From positions 47,129-111,128 of the forward strand of contig NIVC01002269.1 in the NCBI GenBank assembly GCA_002269645.1: 64,000 nt of DNA, given 5' to 3'. Made by a program: the position numbers and the translations under genes. The notes under the pieces were generated by a model. It saw only the letters and a list, made by a program, of their open reading frames with translations. It was not told where the DNA came from and searched no databases. The stretch's first letter is position 1. Every line of letters begins with the position of its first letter. This stretch comes from Macrostomum lignano (lineage: Eukaryota). Positions 1-12,694 of this stretch are shown here, in pieces.

Positions 1-93
1 AGGGGTCAAGACCTAAAGAGGGGGGGGGGGCAGATCCGAGGGCTCAAGACCTCAAAAAGATGATGTAAAACACCATACACTTCCATCGCTAAC

Positions 94-3000
94 CTTATCG
101 TAAGTGGCCTCCTGCATGCAGTGGAGCAGAGTGAGCAGATAGGTGAGCACAGACAGCTGCTCCCTGCTAAGCCACTCCAGCTGGCCTAGAGCTTCCAGTT
201 CTTCGGACAATTCCAAACCGGAAGACCCATCGGCCGCGGCGGAAACAGACGCGTAACCGGAAGTTGAAGCGGTCGACGAGCCGGAAGCGGCTGCGGCGAC
301 GGCAGCGGCCTCTTCTTGCATAGCCGAATAAGACTGCACAGAGCGTTGCAGCTGGCGCAGGATTGGGCGAGCCTGTTTGGCCTGGCCAGCCACCAGACTG
401 TTCAACACCTGGACAGGTGGTGGGCATTTTAAAACGTTAAAGAAACCCAGAATCACGCCAGTCTGAGCTGTCACATCTCACCTCGTTCAGATCCCATCTC
501 AGAATCACGCCAGTCTGAGCTGTCACATCTCACCTCGTTCAGATCCCATCTCAGAATCACGCCAGTCTGAGCTGTCACATCTCACCTCGTTCAGATCCCA
601 TCTAAGAATCACGCCAGTCTGAGCTGTCACATCTCACCTCGTTCAGATCCCATCTCAGAATCACGCCAGTCTGAGCTGTCACATCTCACCTCGTTCAGAT
701 CCCATCTAAGAATCACGTCAGGCTGAACTGTCACATCTCACCTCGTTCAGATCCCATCTCAGAATCACGTCAGGCTGAACTGTCACATCTCAACTCGTTC
801 AGATCCCATCTCAGAATCACGTCAGGCTGAACTGTCACATCTCACCTCGTTCAGATCCCATCTCAGAATCACGCCAGTCTGAGCTGTCACATCTCATCTC
901 GCTCAGATCCCATCTCAGAATAGAAATCCCCACTTCCTAAATCCCTTAAACAGATCCCTATCCAAAACCCATAAACTCCATAAATCATGGAGACAGATGA
1001 CAACTGAACGCAAGCAGAGAATACCAATTAAACCCAACAGCTACCTCTACTACACACATATCGCACCTGAATGAGTAAAGAGAAAGTTCTCAACGCCTCC
1101 TGTCGTCGCGGATGCGGCATCTGGTCCACCAGCTTGGAAGCCACAGTCAGGGTGTTGTGCACCTCGGCCAGCTGCCTGTTGGCCAGCAGCGGCACGCACT
1201 TGGCCAGCAGGAAGAGGCCCCTGGCGTATTCGCTGCCGTGCTGTTGCGCGTATTGCGAACCGAGCGCCAATAGCTCGCAGGCCCGCGAGGAATCCGATGA
1301 GCTGAGGCACTGCGCCTGCTTGAGTAGGAAGCGGCCGTACCTGCGGTGGCAAATGCATTGGGATACAGTTAGAGTAGCCATGATTGCGTATGCACTGACA
1401 TTTAGTTGCTATGACCATCTATGAACTGACATTTAGTTGCTATGACCATCTATGCACTGACATTTAGTTGCTATGACCATCCATGCAACTGACATTTAGT
1501 TGCTGTGACCATCTATACACTGACATTTAGTTGCTATGACCATCTATACACTGACATTTAGTTGCTATGACCATATATGCACTGACATTTAGTTGCTGTG
1601 ACCATTTATGCACTGACATTTAGTTGCTGTGACCATATATGGTGACCATATATGGACTGACATTTAGTTGCTATGACCATATATGGACTGACATTTAGTT
1701 GCTATGACCATATATGGACTGACATTTAGTTGCTATGACCATATATGGACTGACATTTAGTTGCTATGACCATATATGGACTGACATTTAGTTGCTGTGA
1801 CCATATATGGACTGACATTTAGTTGCTATGACCATATATGGACTGACATTTAGTTGCTATGACCATATATGCACTGACATTTAGTTGCTATGACCATATA
1901 TGGAGAGAAATTTCACTGCTAAGACTGGAATTAATATTAGCTGGCACTGAAATTGTCTTTTAAGTGATATTAGGCGGAAAGAAACTGTCTACGGAGTGAC
2001 TTGGCGAAAGCGACTGTCTATGGAGTGATTTTTGGTGAAAGAGACTCTCAAAAAGTTTATCAGTTATCACCTCAGCGCAACACATCAAGGTCAAGTCACA
2101 CTGAAACTCACCATTCAGGCAGGTGCTGGCTAAGTCTAGCAGCCTCTTCAAGCAGCTGCGGCAGTCGAAACGCCCCGCTAAGCTGCTCATTGCTTGAGTA
2201 CAAATCTGACAGCAGATCAGCGGCGTGAAGGCAAGCGGCTAACAAGTCGGCTACGTCAGTTGAGCCAGTAGCAAAGAGAGAGCGCAGCTTCCAGGCGGCC
2301 TCCAGATGCTGGGCCGCCTTGTCCTGACAGGATCGGGCGGCGTGCTGCATCAGCAGGCGACCAATCTGTAGGTTGGTCCTGTCAAGGTTGACCCGGGGGG
2401 GGATTGTGCACTAAATCAACTATCGCGATACGCGCTCATACAATCGCTCACACGAGAGAGCGACCCTGATATATAGCTTTCTAATCGTCAAGGCATGTAC
2501 ATCCTCTGCGTCTTGGGGTTGGCCCAAGGACAACTCAAAGAAGGACGGGAAACTACGTTTCTTAGAAAAAGTAACGGAGGCTGGTTTTCGCGGAAAAAAG
2601 TATAAGGACGGGAAACTACGTTTCTTAGAAAAAGTAACGAAGGCTGGTTTTCGCGGAAAAAAAAGTATAAGGACGGGAAACTACGTTTCTTAGAAAAAGC
2701 TGAGGCTGGTTTTCGCGGAAAAAAAAGTAGGACGGGAAACTACGTTTCTTAGAAAAAGTAACGGAGGCTGGTTTTCGCGGAAAAAAGTAGCATGGGAAAC
2801 TACGTTTCTTAGAAAAAGTAACGGAGGCTGGTTTTCGCGGAAAAAAGTATAAGGACAGGAAATTACGTTTCTTAGAAAAAAGTTAAGAAGGCTGGTTTTC
2901 GCCGAAAAATACACTACAGAGATGGGAACTTTTCACTTTTCATATTAAAAATATGAAAGGCAGATCCAATGTTCATATTTGATATGTTGTGCTTTTCTTA

Positions 3001-4677
3001 TAGCTCTATTATTATTTAATAAAGGTTTTCGTTCAGAAAATTAGGGTTCTAAGTCATTTTTTTATTTACAGCTCGACTCTTTGGTTTCAGGAATCTACTT
3101 TATCATCTGTTACACATATTTGTTACACAGTCAGCTAAGAATGATAAAATAGATTTATAAAGATGAACATTATGTCTGCCTCCTATCCAAAGCAATAAGA
3201 ATTTTAATGTTTAAAAATTGAAAAGCTCCTATCTCCGTAGTGTATTTTTCGGCGAAAACCAGCCTCCTTAACTTTCTGAGTTGTCCTTGGGTTGGCTCTC
3301 ATTGCTGCGAATTGCACGAAAACCTGAATAGGCTGAGAGTGATTGGCAAATATGGCAAATACTCGCAAGGCTCGGGCTCCAGAAAGGGCGGCTGGAGCCT
3401 GAGCAATAGACACTCTTGCCTATTGAGTAGCTAAAATTGAGCTAAAAAACATGAAAGATTGGCAGTGTGTTCTTACATAACCCGTTGAAAGCGTTACTGC
3501 GACAAGGATCGCTAGAGGGTCATAGTAAACAACTCACTAGCAGCGACTTTAGCGACTTTTTAACAATTAAAACGACCGCAATGCGACGCAAAGGCGACTG
3601 TTGAGTCACGAGCGCATCACGTGGGTTTCGGAATTGCAAGAGTGGCGAAAACGTCGTTGTGCAAACGCTTAACTTTCTACTAGCTCAGTAGACTAAATAG
3701 AGTTTTTATAAATGCGAAATGCGCTCAAGACGCAACTCGGTGATTCCACAGCGACTCGGGAGCATGAACCAGAGACGACTCTACGGCCCCATATTTATTA
3801 CAGAAGCGCCCGAGAGTCGTTACAGAGTCGCAGACAATCAAACACCTCAAATTGACTTTTGGGTGACTCTTAGACGTTATCGTTTTAGAGTCGTCTAGAG
3901 TCACTTCTTTCCTATTTTACCTGTGTTATCTGCAACGACTCTGGGGCGACCCAGGTGACACAGGGACGCTTCTAGGCCTAGACGCATCTGAAGGCTGCGT
4001 ACGGCTGTTCAGTCCAAGGACTGGGGAGTCGCCACAGACACCCTCAATTACCCCAGCTAATGCTGGCACCCATTTTACAGCTGGGTGAATTGAAGCAATG
4101 CAGAGTGAAGTGTCTTGCCAAAGGACACAAATTGTTCCAGTTCCAGTGGGACCGGGAATCGAACCCCCGACCTTCAAATCGTGAGTCTGACGCTCTGACT
4201 ATTAGGCCAGAATCTAGATAGCGGGGTCTGCACAAAGTCAAAACTCAGTAAAGCCAATCTTGATAGCTCAAAACCTCACAAATTTCGAGCTTGCGAAAGA
4301 GAATCTAAATAACATAATGCGGACTTCAGAGATAGTACCGGCAAACCCCAACCGCTAATAGTGAAACCAATAAAAGTGCAAACCCACCAAGCCAATTGCA
4401 GATCAGTCAATTTGCAGTGCAAAGCCGCTTTTAAACAATGCAAACAGAGTTGATAATTGCCGTCAACTCTGAACCGCTCGGCCATGCCTAGCAGGGAGGC
4501 GTAGCAGGCCTCCTGATCTGCCCATTCCGAGGCGCCGTGAGCAGCCTGGCTGGTCGATGGCGCCGCCGATGACGCCAATGCTTTGCTGCCATGATGCGAA
4601 GCCGCAGCGGATGAGACCGGTTCGACCGGCTCCTCCAGAGCGCGGGATAAAAAGGATTCTGAGTTCCAATGACTCAT
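94..4677 (-). CDS. MAU2: MAU2 / Scc4 cohesin loader subunit (5' part; gene continues beyond the left edge)
   Basis: Exons 4677-4388, 2378-2112, 1340-1067, 408-94, with GT-AG ends and matching phases. Peptides CYASLLGMAERFR...LCLHCLKA, GSEYARGLFLLAK and LEWLSREQLSVLTYLLTLLHCMQ align by eye with MAU2 (WYLALLGFAEHFR, GSEYTRALFLLSK, FHWLPKEHMCVLVYLVTVMHSMQ). Confidence 0.93.
449..920. repeat. 52-bp minisatellite, about 9 copies, in MAU2 intron 3
   Basis: Unit agaatcacgccagtctgagctgtcacatctcacctcgttcagatcccatctc; starts at 449 and 501. Confidence 0.95.
1392..1901. repeat. 31-bp minisatellite in MAU2 intron 2
   Basis: Unit (g)cactgacatttagttgctatgaccatatat, about 16 copies. Confidence 0.95.
2525..3289. 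mobile_element. Non-autonomous TIR element (MITE), P-element-like ends, in MAU2 intron 1
   Basis: Ends CAAGGACAACTCA (2525) and TGAGTTGTCCTTG (to 3289). Flanks GGTTGGCC / GGTTGGCT form an 8-bp TSD with one mismatch. Inner inverted arms at about 2881-2945 and 3205-3274. Confidence 0.75.
2543..2910. repeat. 63-bp tandem repeat (about 6 copies) inside the left arm of the MITE
   Basis: ggacgggaaactacg recurs at 2543 and 2606. The unit contains ggaggctggttttcgcggaaaaa, present once in inverted form in the right arm. Confidence 0.9.
3985..4215 (-). mobile_element. tRNA-derived SINE with CORE-like domain, 3'-truncated copy
   Basis: A box TGGCCTAATAGT and B box GGTTCGATTCC, then TTGTGTCCTTTGGCAAGACACTT...CAGCTGTAAAATGGG resembling the MIR CORE. 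Homologous to 27814-28116. Confidence 0.8.
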
Positions 4678-4779
4678 GGGATGGGGATCGGGGCCGGGAC
4701 TGTCGAACTGGGAGACTGCAAGGCGAGCGGTGGTGGTGTGCAAGGGGGCGAATTGGTCTGACTTAAGTGCCCCCCTAAG

Positions 4780-5870
4780 CATGTCTTAGCCTGTCTTGTG
4801 TCTTATAGGACACTTGATGTGTCTCACAGCCTGTCTTGTGTCTTTAGGACACTGTCCTAATGTGTCTCATAGTCTGTCTTAATGTCTCATAGACTGTCCT
4901 AATATGTCTCATAGTCTGTCTTAATGTCTCATGAACTGTCCTAATGTGTCTCATAGTCTGTCTTAATGTCTCATAGACTGTCCTAATATGTCTCATAGTC
5001 TGTCTTAATGTCTCATGAACTGTCCTAATGTGTCTCATAGTCTGTCTTAATGTCTCATAAACTGTCATAATGTGTCTCATAGCCTGTTTTAATGTGTCTC
5101 ATAGCCTGTCTTAATGTCTCATAGACTGTCCTAATGTGTCTCATAGCCTGTCTTAATGTCTCATAGACTGTCCTAATGTGTCTCATAGCCTGTCTTAATG
5201 TCTCATAGACTGTCCTAATGTGTCTCATAGCCTGTCTTAATGTCTCATAGACTGTTTTAATGTGTCTCATAGCCTGTCTTAATGTCTCATAGACTGTCCT
5301 AATGTGTCTCATAGCCTGTCTTAATGTCTCATAGACTGTCCTAATGTGTCTCATAGCCTGTCTTAATGTCTCATAGACTGTTTTAATGTGTCTCATAGCC
5401 TGTCTTAATGTCTCATAGACTGTTTTAATGTGTCTCATAGCCTGTCTTAATGTCTCATAGACTGTCCTAATGTGTCTCATAGCCTGTCTTAATGTCTCAT
5501 AGACTGTCCTAATGTGTCTCATAGCCTGTCTTAATGTCTCATAGACTGTCCTAATGTGTCTCATAGCCTGTCTTAATGTCTCATAGACTGTCCTAATGTG
5601 TCTCATAGCCTGTCTTAATGTCTCATAGACTGTCCTAATGTGTCTCATAGCCTGTCTTAATGTCTCATAGACTGTTTTAATGTGTCTCATAGCCTGTCTT
5701 AATGTCTCATAGACTGTCCTAATGTGTCTCATAGCCTGTCTTAATGTCTCATAAACTGTCCTAATGTGTCTCATAGCCTGTCTTAATGTCTCATAAACTG
5801 TCCTAATGTGTCTCATAGCCTGTCCTAATGTCTCATAGACTGTCCTAATGTGTCTCATAGCCTGTCCTAA
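4780..5870. repeat. 42-bp minisatellite upstream of MAU2
   Basis: Unit atgtgtctcatagcctgtcttaatgtctcatagactgtccta, made of two related halves. Explains the MRHIRTVYETLRQA ORFs. Confidence 0.95.
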
Positions 5871-6469
5871 TAGCATATCTGACAACCCATTGCTTGACCA
5901 ATCTATTTCCATCGAATTCCAGTTATTAGATTAGACTCTGACCAGAGCACAAGTCTGACTGTATTCCAATGGAAAATTTCAATTGGATTCTGGTTGCTGT
6001 TTTTTCAGTAGGATCTTTGCACAATATACAGCATGTATCATTAGTGCCCTCTTGTTTTTGCTTGCCAGTTTACACCTATATGATGACTGTCCACAGAGAA
6101 GATAAATCTTCACTCAATTTTATAGGTCGCTAACTAGGCAAATTATACTAGAGACAGTAACAGATTATTATAATTTAATGAGTTTATATTCATCAAAGGA
6201 CATTTTATGAATAATAAAACTAAAACTTAGGGATCAAAAGTTCTATATGCTTTGTGTTTAATGGTACAAACTGTATCTTAATATGAGTTTTATAAAAAAA
6301 CATATGAGCATTTCCTTATTGATTCATAGCTTTCCAATCAGGCCCTTAACCCCAAACTGTTATGCTACCTATACTGCTTTCCTAAACTAGCCTATCTTTA
6401 CAAATAACAAATAGACAGCGAAATAAAGCCTTCATAAAAAACAACAGACATTCCCTCTAAAAACGAAAC

Positions 6470-6750
6470 ATCCCAAGACAGCAAGCATCTCCAGACAGCA
6501 TTCAAGCATCGATCCCCAAATGGCAAGAATCCCCCTAGATAGCAAGAAACCCCAGATAGCAAGCATAACCTGGATACAAAGAGACCTTATAGATATCTAG
6601 CAACCCCCTCAGATAGCAAGTACCCTCCAACCCCCAAGAGCAAGCATGTCCCAATAGGAAGTTACCCTAGTAGCAAGCATCCCCCCAATAGCAAGTATCC
6701 CTCAAATAGCAAGTATCCATCCTTAAATAGCAAGCATCCACCAGAGAACA
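6470..6750. repeat. Degenerate short tandem repeat (agatagcaagcatccc-like)
   Basis: Recurring (a)atagcaag(c/t)atcc motif at variable spacing. Confidence 0.6.
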
Positions 6751-6789
6751 AGTAGCTAGTGCAACAATTTCCTTAGCTTTATAGTAGCT

Positions 6790-8585
6790 CCATTTTTTGG
6801 CGTGACACTTCTTTTTATGTTTGAAACGGTGTCTCTTTTATGTTTGAAATGGTGGCTCTTTAATGTTTGAAATAGTGTTTCTTCTATGTTTGACATGGTG
6901 GCTCTTTTGTGTTTCACATGATAGCTCTTTAATTTTTGACATGTAGCACTTCTATGTTTGACATGGTAGCTCTTTAATGTTGACATGGTGGCTCTTCTAT
7001 GTTTAAAATAGTGTTTCTTCTATGTTTGACATGGTGGCTCTTTTGTGTTTCACATGATAGCTCTTTAATTTTTGACATGTAGCACTTCTATGTTTGACAT
7101 GGTAGCTCTTTAATGTTGACATGGTGGCTCTTCTATGTTTGACATGGCAGCCCTTTTATGTTTAAAATGGTGTCTCTGTTATGTTTGACATAGTGGCTCA
7201 GTTGTTTGACATGGTAGCTCTTTAATGTTTGACATGGAGTCACGTATATGTTTGACTTAGTGGCTCCCTTATGTGTGGCATGAATCATGATGTCTCTTTT
7301 ATGTTTATTGTTTGACATGGTGGCTCTTTAATTTTTGACTTGGAGTCACGTATATGTTTGACATGGTGGCTCCTTTATGTGTGGCATGGTGGCTCTTTTA
7401 TGTTTGACATGGTGGCCCTTTTACATTTTAAATGGTGTCTTTTTTGTTTGGCATGGTGGCTCAATAATTTTTTGACATGGTAGCTCTTTTTTGTTTGATA
7501 TGGTGGCTCCTTTGTGTGTAACAGTGTCTCTTTTATGTTTAATGTTTGACATAAAGTCATGTATATGTTTGACATGGTAGCACTTTAATGTTTGACATGG
7601 TTGCTTTTGAATGTTTTGCATAGTGGCTTTTTATTGTTTGACATGAAGTCATGTATATGTTTAACATGGTAGCTCTTTAATGTTTGACATGGTTGCTCTT
7701 TAATGTTTGACATGGTGGCTCTTTAATGTTTGACAATTGACATGGTGGCTTTTTTATGTTTGACATGGTGGCTTTTTATTGTTCGAAATGGTTGGCTCTT
7801 TTTATGTTTGGCATAGTGGCTCTTTTATGTTTGACATGGTCATGGTGGCTCTTTTATGTTTGGCATGGTGGCTCTTTAATGTTCGACATGGTTGGCTATT
7901 TTATGGTTGGCATGGTGGCTCTTCTATGTTCAACATGGTGGCTCTTTTTGATGTTTGGCAAGGTGGCTCATTAATGTTTGACATGGTGGCTCTTTTATGT
8001 TTGACATAGAGTCACGTATATGTTTGACATGGTGGCTCTTTAATGTTTGACATGGTGGCTCTATAATGTTTGACACGGTGGCTCTTTAATGTTTGATATG
8101 GTGGCTCATTAATGGTTGACATGGTGGCTCTTTAATGTTTGACATGGTGGCTCTTTAATGTTTGACATGGAATAACGTATATGTTTGACATGGTGGCTTT
8201 TAAATGTTTTTCATAGTGGCTCTTTTATGTTTGACATGGAGTCACATACATGTTCAACATGGTGGCTCTTTTATGTTCAACATGGTGGCTCTTTTATGTT
8301 TGACATGGTGGAGCTTTAATGTTTGACATGGTGACTCTTGAATGTTTGACATGGTGACTCTTAAATGTTTAACATGGTGACTCTTTAATGTTCCACATGG
8401 TGGCTCTTTAATGTTTGACATGGTGGCCCTTTACATTTGAAATGGTGTCTTTTTTATGTTTGGCATGGTGCCTCAATAATGTTTTGATATGGTGGCTCTT
8501 TTATATCTGACATGGTGACTCTTTTATGTTTGACATGGTAGCTCTTTTATGTTTGACATGGATGGTGGCTCTTTTTTGTTTAGCA
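6790..8585. repeat. Degenerate ~24-bp minisatellite, about 1.8 kb
   Basis: Consensus atgtttgacatggtggctctttta, many diverged copies. Confidence 0.9.
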
Positions 8586-8624
8586 TTTTGTATTTTTATG
8601 GTGTTTTAACAAAAAAATTATTTT

Positions 8625-8691
8625 GCACTACTATGATTCGAACCCAGGTTGCTTCATTAGCAGTCTAGTCTGTTTGCATCTAGGCTATCTC
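8625..8691 (-). pseudogene. tRNA-Ser(GCT)-like remnant or SINE head
   Basis: Minus strand GAGATAGCCTAGATG...AGACTGCTAATG...GGGTTCGAATC has A/B boxes and a GACTGCTAAT anticodon-arm-like motif. Acceptor stem and long variable arm are not intact. Confidence 0.45.
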
Positions 8692-11600
8692 TTTTCAATT
8701 GGAGAACATGAATTGTGGCCCTTATAACTCAATACTTACAGCAAGTTGGTTAGAGTAAAAAGTTATGACATAAATCAATTTCTCAGTTAGCCAGTATCAG
8801 TCTCAATTTAAGTTAGCAATATGGTTATGCAATTTCAATCAAGTCTTATGCACATTTCTTTGACAATGTTTTCAACTTGTTGTGATGCAATCTTTAACAG
8901 AATCAGAATTCAACTAGTCAGTTTTGTCTCTAGCATTCTTACAATGCATTTCAAGTCAAAAATTTAGCTTGACCTTTGAAAAAAAGCATGTTTTTCGAAT
9001 ATTTAATCCCTTTAACATTGAGCAATTTCTTAGCCAAGATACTGTCACGGGAAAATTTCTGATCAAATGGTGCAAGATTGAAGAAAATTGGTAGAGCCAT
9101 TTTTTCTGAAATCTATCACATACCTACCTACCCACAGATAACTAATTTTTAGTATATAGGAGAAGGAGAAGATGTCTTAAACTAAGTACATGATATGCAT
9201 TATCAGCTAAGTGTTTTGCAGAAAAATATACATTAGAAGTACTATTAATTGATATTATTACTAATTATACATTTAGATTTTCATTGCAAAGGTGCCTTAA
9301 GACTATAGCTAATAGTAGATAATAGATAGCTAGATTAGATTATTAGATTAATAATATTAATCTATCTAATATTATCTAATATTATAATTAATATTAGATA
9401 ATATTAGATTATTATCAAATTCATTTATAATAAATATTTGTTGCCAATTTTTTTTATTGTATGGGAGTTAGGTTGGCACTTTAGTTGTTTGTATTTTCAT
9501 TATTTTAGAAACTTAACTTTTGTAGAAGACTTTTTTTGCCTGCTTTGACCTAGAATTGGCATTATTGTTATTTTTCTCTTTGTTGGCTATTGTCTTTGTC
9601 CTAGCTATAGTGCTTTTTTGTTTTTATCTTTGGCCCTATTATGCCCCATTCTTAGTTTTAATCCCATTTTCTGCTATTTTATCTATATTTTCTTTTATTT
9701 TCCATTGGCCTATCCAATCCCAGTTTTGTATTTGCCTATACACTGCCCTGCGGGTTGGCAATACTAATTTTGTTCACATAAATATATCTTAAATGATGAT
9801 GGTTATAACTTCCCTCCTACCTTTTATACTTTCAACTTATAAACTTTCCTTTGATACTAATTTAATACTTGTTTAATAGTTAGTTTACCAAACCTTTGCC
9901 ACTTTAGTGACTGTTTTATTTTAACTTAGCCTCAGCACACCACAGCTCTGCCAGTTTATTTTGTTAGTCATCTCGCATAATTTATCAACTTGCTTAATTT
10001 CAATTAACTATTTATCTATTAGCAACCAATAAAACTAAATGAAACAGTATTTATTCATTCATCAATAAAAGCCCATAGCATTATCTTGAGTCATTTGCCT
10101 ATGGGCATAAAACAACCAAATTGATCTCATTTCTACATAAGCTTTAAGTAAATTAACAATAATGTTTTATAATATATAAATTATAATGATAGTACTGCTA
10201 TTCTACTAATAGTAATTATCAAATCATTTCAATATACACTGAAACTATAGTATTTAAGGACAATTAAACAACAATGCCTAATGAAGACCACTCAACTATA
10301 ACAATTACCCTTCCCCCAAAAATTCCAAAATTGAGGACTAAACAGACAGAATTTAGGAGAAAAAATTGTTGGAATTCAATTATATAATTTTTCTAGCTTT
10401 ATTATATGCAAACTCAATGCCAGTAGCCTTTAAAATTCTATAAACCAACCCACTGACCTAAAAGCAATTTTTCCATTTTATTTCTATTACTATTACTAAA
10501 TTGGTTAGCATCCAAAAATGAGCTTAAGATATTCAACACAATTCCTAACATAATAGCTAATATTTCCTACCTTTATGCTAGATATCACTATTTATATTTA
10601 AATTGATTTTTGGCAAATGTTTTCAATTTCATTCAATAATCTAGTGTTCATATTTATATATAAATAGATAATATTTAATAGATAATAATAAGATTACCAT
10701 ATTATTACGAAAAATAATAATGACTTTTTTATAATCTTTAAAGTTTAATTATGATCATTTGAATATCATTATTTTTAACTAGGCCTAGGCCCTAAATTAA
10801 ATGAGCAAAATATTGTTTGACAAAAGCATTTTTGGTGAAATGTCTTGGAATCCTATTATACCTATACCATTGGCATTGTTCTTAGCCTATTTATTAAAAT
10901 TATCAAAAAGATGGTATGATGTTCCTGAAGATAAGGTCAGTAAAATACTTTCAGATTAGAAACCTTTTGTAGTTTGTTAGCCTAGTCTTGTACTCAAAAT
11001 GCATTCTTTAATCTTTATGCAGTTGTGTTATGTCAAAAGCATTTAACCCGAACTTGGCTTATGTTAAGCAAGGCCTATCTACTGTTGCAATTTGCAATTA
11101 AAGTTCAAGAAAATGAAAACAATGAGGTAGGCCCTAGGCCTAGCCTATTCGGTAACGTTAGTCTTAAGACTTAGACTTAGACTTAGACTTAGCAAAAAAT
11201 ATACTAAGCGGAAAACTTCTTAAAGCGTGAAGATGTTTAGGGCCTACTACAGTAATGAATTGAAAAAGGCTATGCAGTAAGCAGTCTGTATTTAATGTAT
11301 TGTAGACTTGTAGTTTCCAGCATGCTCACGTTGCGACTTGCGTCCCTAGACGCGCTGACTTAATTGAAAAAAAATTGAAAAGAAAGTAAATTGTTTTTGT
11401 GGCTGACCCAATAAATATACTTAATTATAGGTTATCCTAAATAAAAACTGTGCTGTTTTTTTCTACCCAAAAGTTATTGAACTATTTTGCTGCAATATAT
11501 TAATTTCATAATCGCAACAAAATTTTCGTTTTGTTTAACTTTGACAAATTTAGCTTTTATTTTTTAAATAGCGCAAATCTCTACAGAATTAATTTAGACA

Positions 11601-12694
11601 ATTGTTGCTATTCACCTTTTGATTTACAGTATAGTAGTTGATCAAAGTCTTTTTCTGAATTATTTACGAAGCTCTTACAGTTTTCTGGTCTTACTCGTAC
11701 AATTACAGAATGAGCAACAATTGTGCAGAATGACAGAATTACAGAATTGACTCGTACAATACAGAATGACAGAATACAAATGTGCTGTCTGTTTGCAAAA
11801 AAACAAAACGACATGTAATGTATTGAAAATCTACTTGCACAACATCTGCTTCGTGAATTTATCCGAATATGATCCTATTAAAATCAAGTATGACTGGATT
11901 AAAAAACGCAAATAAATTTTCTGTTGGCGACCATAGTCTTGAACAAATAACCAAGAAAAAATGCCCCATAAGACCACAAGTATATTCTTCTTCACTCGTG
12001 TACCCATGCAGCTCGCATGTAAAATCATCTTAAACCGTCTTAATCGGACGTAATTCCTCAAAAATGCTGCTCCTTTTTTGCATTCTTGATCAAATAGTCA
12101 GCTGTTTTTTCTTACTTTTATGCCTTTCTGAAAAGTTATACATGTACTTGCATGGAGCAACTATAAACTATAAATTGTACCTAGATATGTAACCTGTAAA
12201 TAAATGGATAGCAATCGACTTTCATTCTATACTGAATAATAATGAAATGAATGGCTCTAAAAAGCTGCTTTATAGCAATTTGTTTCTAGTTTTAATTCGG
12301 TAATTTAACAAGCAGCTGCAACTACGATCGCTACATTCATTGATCTATATATATAGAGTTTTGATTTATAGGTATAGATTATGCTTACAGTTCGTGTTCC
12401 TTTTGTCGATACAAGTGTACTTTTTATATTAGATGATGGGCATAGCGTACTAAATACATGCTAGTGTATTGGATGCTGCATTTTACACTGTATACAGCAT
12501 GTATCAACAGAAAAAATGTAGACACGAGCTAATCAGATATTTGAGTACGTTAATTCGGCTGGATTATAAATCTATGTACATGTACAAAAACTTCGCACAT
12601 TTACAAGCTCTGTACCTATATGAAATTATCCTTTGAATGAACTGCTATCCATGTACATGTTGCTCATACAATTTCAGACGGCAAATTTAGCAAA

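Noticed and set aside
3480-3965. GCGAC/GAGTCG-rich segment as a DNA transposon
   Set aside because: It looks repeat-derived, but matching TIRs or a TSD could not be defined.
9040-9160. Helentron/DINE-like 3' end
   Set aside because: Only a loose resemblance (aaattggtagagccatttt, tacc repeats, tagtatatag); no diagnostic hairpin or subTIR confirmed.
11831-12061. Short ORFs in the AT-rich spacer as a transposase remnant
   Set aside because: Only a faint SPTENLF resemblance, with stops and no supporting motifs.
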